The position numbers and the translations under genes were made by a program. The notes below the pieces were generated by a model. It saw only the letters and a program-made list of their open reading frames with translations. It was not told the DNA's origin and ran no database searches. A stretch of 64,000 nt of DNA from Antedon mediterranea (taxonomy: Eukaryota; Animalia; Echinodermata). The stretch's first letter is position 1, and every line of letters begins with the position of its first letter. Below are positions 1 through 10,800 of the stretch, piece by piece. The stretch is from positions 38,366,388-38,430,387 of the forward strand of contig NC_092670.1 of NCBI RefSeq assembly GCF_964355755.1, given 5' to 3'.

Positions 1-1
1 T

Positions 2-559
2 GCTGAGGAGAAGGTTGAACTACTATGCCAAGATCAGGTAAGTTGTGCCAGTCTCTTGTCTTTAAAGCTCTGTCTACACTATCAAATTATTTTGACAAAA
101 AAAAGTGTGATGTCCCCAAATATGGCAGTGATATGACATCATCATGTCTATATATGGGCACATCACATTTTTTTGTCACATAAAGTTTGATAGTGTAGAG
201 AGAACTTTACACTGGATAGTTTCATAATAAAACTAATAAAAGTGGATCCAGGATTCTTTTAACAGGGGGAGCACTACATAATAATAGTTATTAATAGTAA
301 GTCTGTAGAAGATATCCACTGAGCATTGTCTCATTCAAATGTCAAATGACCCTTTCCTACTAAATAATAAATTTAGAATTTTAAGCGCATACTGCATAAA
401 GGCTCTATACCCTTTAAAATAAAATAGTTGATGACATTTATTTGTTTTTTTTCTCTTCAGGTTATAGACCCAAATATGGATTTACGAACTGTACGATATT
501 TCATTTGGAAAACAGGTGGAGATTTAACACTCAATTACAGATACAAATCAACTCACTGA
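2..559 (+). CDS. WDR48: WD repeat-containing protein 48 (UAF1), last two coding exons; gene starts upstream of the window
   Basis: Exons <2..37 and 461..559 with GT/AG boundaries give [12 protein letters not shown]|[32 protein letters not shown]. This matches the WDR48 C-terminus as recalled ([42 protein letters not shown]). Confidence 0.93.
66..207. mobile_element. Harbinger-like MITE family A (TIR AGCTCTGTCTACACTATCAAA); representative of about 30 copies in the window
   Basis: TIRs of about 22 bp flanked by TAA/TTA, with internal 21-bp CCAAATATGGTAGTGATATG units. Other copies start near 744, 1008, 1978, 5338, 15962, 16280, 16614, 18632, 21186, 22015, 22533, 25373, 26199, 31770, 32108, 33938, 40173, 40885, 42342, 44022, 46006, 53741, 54058, 55777, 56768, 57258, 58569, 58703 and 62155. 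Superfamily is inferred from the TWA flanks and TIR style. Confidence 0.85.
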
Positions 560-1007
560 ATATGTAAATGCAAAATTATTTTTTTAATTGCCAAAACAGT
601 AGTTGATGTTACAGATTTTTGCATTCCTCATAAAATTATGCCATGTTACAGAGAGACAACATGTTATGGTTATACATATACTACATAGTACAAATGGTAC
701 CTGCAAATCAAATTTCCTCATTCCAATATAAAATAAGAGTTTATCTGTCTACACTATCAAACTTTGTGTGACAACAAAAAATGTGATGGGCCCATATATG
801 CTGGAATTGGCGCTTTACAAATTCGTATATATTATTATTATTATTATTATGATGTTGTCACATCACTACCATATTTGGGCACATCACACTTTTTTGTTAA
901 ACTAGTTTGATAGTGTAGACAGAGCTTTATAAGTACACACTTGTAATGTGTGTTGCAGTATGAGTGTGTGAGCAATCAGGAAACTGGGGATATTCTAATA
1001 GGTTCTT

Positions 1008-1478
1008 AAGTTCTGTCTACACTATCATCATGTCTATATATGGTAGTGATATAACCAAATATGGTAGTGATATAACCAAATATGGTAGTGATATAACCAA
1101 ATATGGTGATGATATGGCATCATCATGTCTATATGGTAGTGATATAACCAAATATGGTGGTGATATGGCATCATCATGTCTATATGGTAGTGATATAACC
1201 AAATATGGTGGTGATATGGCATCATCATGTCTATATGGTAGTGATATAACCAAATATGGTGGTGATATGGCATCATGTCTATATGGTAGTGATATAACCA
1301 AATATGGTGGTGATATGGCATCATCATGGCTATATGGTAGTGATATAACCAAATATGGTGGTGATATGGCATCATCATGTCTATATGGTAGTGATATAAC
1401 CAAATATGGTGGTGATATGGCATCATCATGTCTATATACATTTTTTTGTCACATAAGTTTGATAGTGTAGACAGGGCT
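1008..1478. mobile_element. Family A MITE with an internally expanded tandem array (21-bp and 51-bp units)
   Basis: TIRs at both ends. The interior is a tandem amplification of CTATATGGTAGTGATATAACCAAATATGGTGGTGATATGGCATCATCATGT, which explains the three overlapping repetitive ORFs. Confidence 0.85.
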
Positions 1479-2689
1479 TTATGATACAGCATATAACTAA
1501 CTACTATACTGTAGTATAGACTGCAATGTAGTAGTAAATTTAAGCCTTGGAAGAATATATGAATATATTTTAGAATATAAGAGAAAGCTAAATGCATTCA
1601 GTGTCAAATACAGTAGTAGGATAATGTAAAAAAAGAATTGAATTAATTAACAAAAGATTAAAAACAAATAAGCTGGACTTTTGTACATATGATTTTTTTT
1701 TTACATAAACAAAATAAAAAATATATGCACTGATTAAAGATATGTATTTATTGTTAATAATAAAATCTTTACACTTAGTAATAAATCAAAACCTATTATA
1801 CTATTATAATATTTTTATTTGTATTTTATGTTTTATTTCCAATATTAGTATTTTATATGAATTATCATATAATATATGTGATATATATGTAAATATTTAT
1901 TTATAGTTAAATACCTGGAATAAAATTGATAAAACTTTCCCTTAGAAAATTGTTTTTGTGTGTGATTTGTCTTTAATCTTTGTCTACACTATCAAACTAG
2001 TTCGACAAAAAAGTGTAATATGCCCAAATATGGTAGTGATATGCTCAAATATGATAGTGATATGACATCATCATGTCCATATATGGGCACATCACATGTT
2101 TTTGTCACACAAAGTTTGATAGTGTAGACAGAGCTTTAACGTAATTGATGGCAACAGTAGCCATATATAAATTGAAACTTGATTTGGCTCAAGTTTATTT
2201 TTCATTTAATTTAAGTTGCATTTGTTGTCCTTGGCTATAAATACTGTAAACGGAAATTAAAATCATATGTCAACATTTAAAAGCTTTAATGCAAAATATG
2301 ATTGGCAACAAATACATTTCTGGCAACAACAGCTTCTATAATCAATGTTGTAATATCTCTTGTTTAAAAGGAACACAACTCTGAACCCCCACACCTCTTT
2401 CCCTCTTCCCCACCCCAACCAAAATTAAATGAAAATTGGATATAAAAATCAAACTATTGATCAGACGTATTGAAAGCATTTATAAATATTTTATTATTAA
2501 TGAATGGTATATTGGCACAATTTAGTATTATATATGAAAATCTTTAAAATAAGTATATTTGTTTGTAAATTTAACATTAATTTATTTAACATATACATTT
2601 TATATATAAACATCTCAATCCTATAAAATCACTTAAAATGTTCAAATTATTATATTTTATTTATTGTGACCATAGTGGGTATTGTTATT

Positions 2690-3165
2690 GGAAATACTTT
2701 TTACGCTTTAACTATCTCCAGTAGCTATCTAATAACATGCTAGTTTAAATCTACATGCTAATTTAAATCTTCACATTCCTAAACCTACTCTTGAAATTTT
2801 CAAACTCTCTTTCAGCTACAAGGCCCCTCATTTCTACAATGATCTTTTCCTCTTTCAAAACTAGACTTATGACTTTTCTCAAAACTATGTAATCCTTTTT
2901 CAGATTTTAATTGTAAAATAGTAGATCTAAATTTTTATTTATATATATATATTTTATATTTTGCTTAATTTAACATATCTGTTATTTTCTATTTGTCAAG
3001 GATTTTTAGTCTTATGTAATTAATTTTATTTTTTTGGTTTTTCTTTTACTTTTCTGTTTTTGTTGTTTTTTGTATACTGTATCTGTTCTGAGGGTCCCAA
3101 ATGATCAGCAAATTCTGGATGGATCACTCTCATTAACATATGGTTAAAATAAAAAAATAAAAAAC
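2690..3165 (+). mobile_element. CR1/L2-type LINE 3' fragment
   Basis: Degenerate ORF2 C-terminal text (NLHIPKPTLEIFKLSFSYK...FYNDL), then a T-rich 3'UTR and a terminal TGAGGGTCCC..ATGATCAGC..CTGGATGGATCAC.CTCATT..AAATAAA tail. Confidence 0.55.
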
Positions 3166-4470
3166 ACTCGGTCTAAAATACAGTATTAACTAATACATTA
3201 TACATATAGAATAGTAGTACGTCATGGAATAGTACACTAAATACCCAATAAAATGTACAGGTAATTATAAATAATTAGGCATAAGGTTTATAAATTTAAA
3301 ATCACTTTGTTTGCAATTAATAAGTCAAGTCAAGTATCATTTATTATCATTTGTTTTAAGAAAAAACATAGAAATTCTGTTTGCTCTGTTGGCGGAGCAC
3401 AATATCCAACGAACACAACACGAACTCAAAAACAAAAACATTACAAAAAGTGTCTACATCACATAAGAAGACCTTGATTTTCCGTAAATAATGAGTATTT
3501 CATTAATAATTTGACCAATTATTAAAAAAGACAAAATAAAAAAATAGATTCGCTCCATTATGTATACATAGTACTATTTATATAAAAAATCTATGCTTAA
3601 AAAAAATTAATACAATTTTGTCTAGACATAACAGAACGATTTACAAAATATGAATTTAGTATTAAATCAACATTTCCTCCCTTATATTCATAATTACACA
3701 TTATGACAATTTCCTGCTAACCACTGAAAATATCTATAAATAGAACATGGTTGCTATTTTTCAGCAGTACCTTAAAGAGCGTCTTCCTTTGTGGTTATTT
3801 CAATTATTAAATTTTGATGGTAATCAAATAATTTGCTAAATTATAGATAGTTTATAAACTTGAGAAAATGTTATATATACTACATAATAATACTGTTTTT
3901 GAATTAAGTATGATATGAATATGTTTTGCATATGAATATGAAAATATCTGTTGATAAATATTATTATAAGATAAATGATTGGAGTATTTGATTTTGAAAA
4001 AATTGTGCTCAATGGACAAGAACTTTTTTTTTATTTGAAGAGGTAAACATTTCAGTATGTTGCTATCAATTGAGTACTTTATACTAACTAAACCTGTTAA
4101 ACTACTCAATGGTAAAAGTCCCTCTTAAACACACCAACATTTCAACATATAATTTATCTATTTACCAGCTTATAACATTTTTTAAAAGTTAAAAATTAAA
4201 CAATTTTTACCAAATAAAATGTTAATATTTAATAATATATTTCTGAAAGACTTCATTGGTTTTTCTACAAACAAAATCATGAAATGTGTGTAATATTGTG
4301 TGTAAATATGTATAAATTGTATATAAAATGCCCTTAGTATAATCAGTGACAAATGAACAGTAGTACAGGATACACTTAACTAAAAACTTTCCTTGGACCA
4401 CATAAGTAAATATAGCTTGTGTTAGCCAATCAGAAGCTTAGCTAAATTAGTGTCACAGGTTTAAACACAA

Positions 4471-4622
4471 AGCCGATTTTCCACTAGGCGAATTTGTTCA
4501 CGCAAATCGAAAGAGTCCGCTTATACGCATGCGTATTCAAGTTTCCAAATCCTTTTCTACGCATGCGTATAAGCTGACCCTTCCGAATCGTGCGAACAAA
4601 TTGGGTTAGTGAAAAATCGGTT
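4471..4622. mobile_element. MITE with TIR AGCCGATTTTCCACTA (Harbinger-like), probably in the Rab20 3'UTR
   Basis: Imperfect TIRs and an almost fully palindromic interior (GCTTATACGCATGCGTA / TACGCATGCGTATAAGC). Confidence 0.65.
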
Positions 4623-4805
4623 TATCCGTCTAATAAATACTCTTCCCTTAAACAAGGGCCAAATCGTTTGACATTAGTCAACACTAATTAGACCTAAAAA
4701 TGAAGTGCTTTTGACTAGTATTATTATCAAACCTGGTGATGTAATTGCAAAATACAAGCCTCTGATTGGCTAACAGACTATGCTTATGATGTTCTGGGTG
4801 TGGTT

Positions 4806-7800
4806 TCAGCAACATAGTTTCTTACTTTCTGTCATTGGTTCTTCTTTATCTATTGAAATAATGTTTTTATCCTTTATCTTCTTGCTTCCCCTAGATACCT
4901 CCCTTGTTTTTCCTAGCGGTAATAATTCTTCAAATATATACTCAAAAACTTCACATACATTTTCACCCGTTAACGCGCTTGTCTCAAAACACGGTGTCAC
5001 TACAGGTGACATTTTAGATTTTATTCTTGCTTCATTAATCTTCAGTGCAAAGTTTTCTGCCTCTTCTTTAGTCACGTGACTAGAGTCGGTTTGATTGTTT
5101 TCATTTTTCGCGATTGCTTTCTTAAGATCGAGTTTAGTTCCAGTAACGCAAAATAAGCAATCGTCTTTTGCAGCATCGAGCAGCGGTAAGAAACGTTTCT
5201 CTAGCATTTCAAAGGTTTTTTTATTTGAGACATCATAGGCTAAAATTGCAGCCGAAGCATCTCTGCAATAGAATGAGCTTAATCCCGAGAACCGTTCTTC
5301 ACCAGCTGTGTCCTGTAATACAGAAATAAGTATCTTAAGTTCTGTCTACACTATCAAACTTTATGTGACAAAAAAAATGTGATGTGCCCGTATATGGACA
5401 TGATGATGACATGTCACTACCATATTTATGCATAACATAACAATTTCTGGTCTATTACAACAGAGCAACACTTACCCATATTGCGATATTATACTGTCCC
5501 CATTGTTTTAAAGAAAAGCATGCTCCAATAGTCTAAACAGAAACGGAATTGAATATTTATAAATTTAGATTGAATGATGTGCACATTTATTAGAAACAAG
5601 GTCATGGGGTTGCAACAGCAAAAAGCCCCATGACATGCATATGCCCTTTAATAATGTATGTTGTTTAGGGCCTGAACTTATTTGTTACTATTTATTAGCT
5701 CTTCCCGTGATATATTATATTTTTTTTTTATGTTTATTAATTTATGTTGGTTTTTGGGGCAAATAAAAACATTTTTTTATGTTGAAAAGTTGTGAAATGT
5801 TTATTAATAGGGAGGTTTCACAACCTTACGAATACGATAACGACAACGGATACGTCACACATTTGTGAAACTTTTGAGCTGATCCCCATTTCATATTCGT
5901 AAAGCGTATTCGTGTTGACGTATATCACCATATTTTTAACTACAAAACGAGTATAGTTTTTGATCTATTTTGCACATTTTGCATTTAAATCAGGAATGAT
6001 TCATGATTATAATATAATTATAGATTAATTGAAAGTAATTTACTAAAGTAATTTACTAAAATGCCAGGTAAACTTTGATAAATAGCAGTTTGTAAAGTCC
6101 TCACTCACTTTGATGTTACGCTAGGCCTAGGCAGCCAAGCAACACGTATCTGCGCTTCGCTCAAATTTACCACAGTCATATTTTGGACGGCGCTTTCAAT
6201 ATTTCGTTGCCATGCGAAACAGATTTTTACTTGCTTACAAAAAACGAATACGTGTGCGTGATGTATCCGTTTTCGTATTCGTAAGATTGCGAAACCTCCC
6301 TAATATTATCAATAGAAAATATACATACTCCAACATTATGTGTAAATTCACCATCTATGTAACGTTTCACCAGCGTTGTTTTGCCTACAAAAGCTTCACC
6401 AACTATCACCACTTTTACGTCTCTGAAGTAAAAAATAAAGCATCATAAAAGTTTAGATATTTTTAGAGTAAATGGCGCAGTGTTGAACGATGAATTTCTG
6501 TTTACGAGATCACATTTTTTCGTGTCCTTTTACTTGACAATTACTTACGTTTGCTTCTCTATAGTTTAAAAGATTTATATTGGAATTTTATTAATTATTA
6601 CCATCAAAATTGAATATTGAAATAACACACAAAAAATGTATTTACTGAATACTGAATGAAAGCTTTATTTAATATTTGTCCATTATTATTATAAAATAAC
6701 AATCAATAGAAATTCATCTTAAAGATTGGCAAATGTTATTATTATAGGTAAGTAGTACGATTCATCATCAGACGTTGTCAGTCCACTGCTGGACGAAAGC
6801 CTCAGCATGTTTCTGCCACAGTGCACGATCTCTAGCTGCTCCCTGCCACTGCACTGTACCCCAATACTTGTCTATTTCATCTCGCCATCTCACTCATTGT
6901 CTTCCTCTATTTCTACTCCCATCCATCGGTCTCCATGATGTCATTAGCGAAGTCCATCTATTGTCTCTTCTCCTACTGATATGTCCAGCCCACTTCCACT
7001 TACTTAATTTGATAGTTCTTATAATGTCTTGAACTTGTGTTTGTTTTCTCACCCATTCATTTGTTTTTCTGTCTTTATATGTGATTCCGAGAATATTTCT
7101 TTCCACGTTGTGCTGTGCTGCTGCTATTTTCTTTTCCATTTTATTTGACAGTGCCCAGGTCGCAGCTCCATATGTCATGGTTGGTAACACGCATTGATTA
7201 AAGACCTTTCTTTTTAGGTTTAACGGTATTTCCCCTCTCATGATTTTGCTCAGTTTACCATATTGGCACCAGCCCAATCTGATTCTCCTCTTTATCTCCT
7301 GTTCTTGATTCTTTTATCTCACGCTAAATCTCTGCCCCAGATAGATATATTCATTTACTTCATCAATTTTATTTCCATTAACAGTTCACAGAACCATGTG
7401 GTACCATGGAATTTGCCATAACTTTTGTTTTCTTCATATTCATTTTCAATCCACAGCATTTGCAAGGTCTTTAAGCCGTATCCGGATATTCACCCCCTGG
7501 ACATTTACCCCGGAAAACTACCCCCCGGACAACCACCACCTGGACCACTACCCCTTTAGGACAACTACCCCCTTAGGACAACTACCCCCTTAGGACAACT
7601 ACCCCCTTAGGACAACTACCCCTTTAGGACAACTACCCCTTTAGGACAACTACCCCTTTAGGACAACTACCCCCCGGACAAATACCCCCCGGACAACAAA
7701 TACCCCCCGGACAACAACCACCCCCTGGACAACTACCCCCGGACAATTACCCACTAGGGACAATTACCCCCTAGGGACAATTACCCCGCGGACAACTACC

Positions 7801-10800
7801 TCTGACACAATACTCCCCGTAGGAAAACTACTTTCTGGACAATACTCCGAGGGCAAATAATCTTTTAGGACAACTACCTCCGTAGGACAACTAACCCCTG
7901 GACAACTAACCCCTGGACAACTAACCCCTGGACAACTAACCCCTGGACAACTAACCCCTGGACAACTAACCCCTGGACAACTACCCCCCGGACAATTACC
8001 CCCTAGGAACAATTACCCCCTGACAATTACCCCCTGACAATTACCCCCGGAGAATTACCCCCTCCCCCGGGTAATTACCCCGCGGACAACTACCTCTGAC
8101 ACAATACTCCCCGTAGGACAACTACCTCCTTGACCTGGACAATACTCCGAGGGCAAATAACCTTTTAGGACAACTACCTCCGTAGGACAACTAACCCCTG
8201 GACAACTACCACCCAGACAACTATCCCTTTAGAACAACTACCCCCCCGGACGGACAACTACCACCCAGACCATTCAACAACCTGACTCTGCAACAGTGTA
8301 TAATAGGAATAACTAATATACCTATATATATAACTATATTTTAATTCGTTACTTTGACGAATTACTATTCATTATTGTAAACAAAAGTAAAAGATTGAAC
8401 ATAAATATAGCCTGGTATAAACTGAAGATTGTCACACATGATCATAGGATAGTCGAACGTATTATATAGTACTCCCTTTATTTACTGTAAAGACTGGGTT
8501 CGCTAATAATAATAATAATTTTTGCGTCAGGACAATGTCACTCCCATGAAACATCATATGGAATAATCGGCGTCTATTTCCATTAGATTATACCCCCTCC
8601 CATTGAATAAACAACTTTCTTCCAATAAATGTCCACCTAAAAACCACCTAAACAATAAACAGCCCAGGCCGTTTTTTCAATAAATACGGTACTTTAAATC
8701 TAGCACATCTAGCGTGCTGTTAAACAGAATAATCGGTTAAAAACGAGAAGAGAGACCACACTATACGAAAAGGGAGACCCTTTTCGTATTGGGTCTCGTG
8801 TCAGGTCTCTGGTCTCGGGTCTCTAGTTTCGAAACACCCGTAAAAAACAGATGATTTCATTTTTACAGAAACCGGTCATATATATTTGTCTACTTTTGGA
8901 TTGGGGGGGGGGGGGACGGGGTAGTTACCCGGGGGGGGGGGGGGGGGTAGTTATCCTAAGGGGGTAGTTGTCCTAAGAGGGTAGTTTAAGTTGTCCTAAG
9001 AGGGTAGTTGTCCGGGTGGTAAACATCCGGGGGTTAACTGTCTAGGGGGTAGGTGTCCTAGAACCCTTTAATTAAGCATATCCTCCACTTCACTGATTTG
9101 CTCTCCCAGGACAACAATGTCATCTGCAAACCTCAAATGATTAAATTTTTCTTCATAGTACGATTAAAAACAGATAAATATAAAATAATAATAAAGGATA
9201 ATTAGGGGCCGGCTAGGCCTATACTTTTATTTAATATTAATTATTATTAAATATACACCTAGGCCTAGGCCCTAGGCTAGGGCCTAGCTAGAGGCCTATA
9301 TAGCCTACTAGGCCTAGGCTAGGGACTACAGTAATCTAGCCATACATGGACGTACACTATAATTTATTTATAATACCTCTCTCATACTAAACTAAGGCGC
9401 CTAGCTAGTACTGTAGTAGTAGATAGGCCAGGGCTAGGCCGCCTAGCCTAGGCCTACTACTACGGGATCCAGTCAAGTCGCCCCATCGCAAAGTCGCCCC
9501 ATACAAAGTCGCCCAATACAAAGTCGCCCCATCGCAAAGTCGCCCCAAAACAAAGTCGCCCCATTACAAAGTCGCCCCATCGCAAAGTCGCCCCAACGCA
9601 AAGTCGCCCCATCGCAAAGTCGCCCCAACGCAAAGTCGCCCCATCGCAAAGTCGCCCACGGTTTTATTTCGGAAGTGCCGCCGCTAGTAGTACGCTGTTT
9701 TAATCATATAGCGGTTGCGTTTGATATCGATTGCGTTGTTACTTTGGTCGCGCTAAATGTCGTATACATTATAATGTTTATCCAGCTATTATACATAATT
9801 TGTGTTTTAATTTTTATTTTACAGGTTATAATGGAGTGATGTGCTTTTTAAAAATCATTAAAAAATAGTCCCTTGTTTGAAAGTTCTAAAAAGATTTCGA
9901 AAAGATTATCCCTGATTTATAGTTTCGAAAATGTTAATTTAATATGATTTTAAAATTAGTTACCAGAGCCACAATTACGAATCTTTCTTCAACCTACGCG
10001 TGGATACCAGCTCATTTTTTAGGATAATATAATAAGTGTATAAATAGTAGGCCTTCGTATATTTACAATAGTTAAAACAATAACAGCGTTGTAAGACAAT
10101 AAATGTTATATAGGCTACTTATTAATCATTTTGCATTTATTGACAAGTTATGTGTCTATAGTTATTTAATTTTAATTATGACTTTTCAAAATGAAGAAAT
10201 AAAAAAAAAGGGGATTTCTTCGCCGATATGATCGTTTTACACATGCAGGTATTTTAGTAAAATTAAAACGCTACATTTTGACCATGGAAAAACCATCGTA
10301 CAGTATGATTATCGTGTGCGTGTTTTTTAAAAAGGGGAATCCCCGACGGGCAGCAGAAAGACGTAGCAGCTGTGAGAAGGAAACAGATACCAGAAGGAGC
10401 AGCTCCGATTGGTTTCAGAGAATGTTTCAGATTGCGAGTCGCTTTTTATTCAACAGCAGAATGATCATTTTACTGAAGAAATTCTTTTCAACCCTTTTGG
10501 TTATAGAACATTCTAATTATCATGCCTAATAAATATCCTCATATCGGGTGTTTATTTAATTTTAATAAACAAGACAGTGAAGAGGCACGGAATAATACGT
10601 ACACGGACGTACGACGAATACACACATGCACGTCATCATTTACGACATAATATAGTGGCGATATCATGATGCAATTTTATAATGGATATAATGATGGGAT
10701 TGCATTTCCAGGCTTATAATCAATGTTCATTGTAATACTATGTATATAATAGTAAACTGAATGTTTATAAATAAATTGTTTTACCTAATTTGTTGCATAT

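Noticed and set aside
964-1597. Three overlapping repetitive ORFs (YGSDITK..., His/Met-rich)
   Set aside because: They are translations of the expanded internal array of a family A MITE bounded by TIRs.
4780-5079. Plus-strand 99-aa ORF, and similar antisense ORFs over SF1, PABPC and THAP exons
   Set aside because: Antisense shadows of real coding exons.
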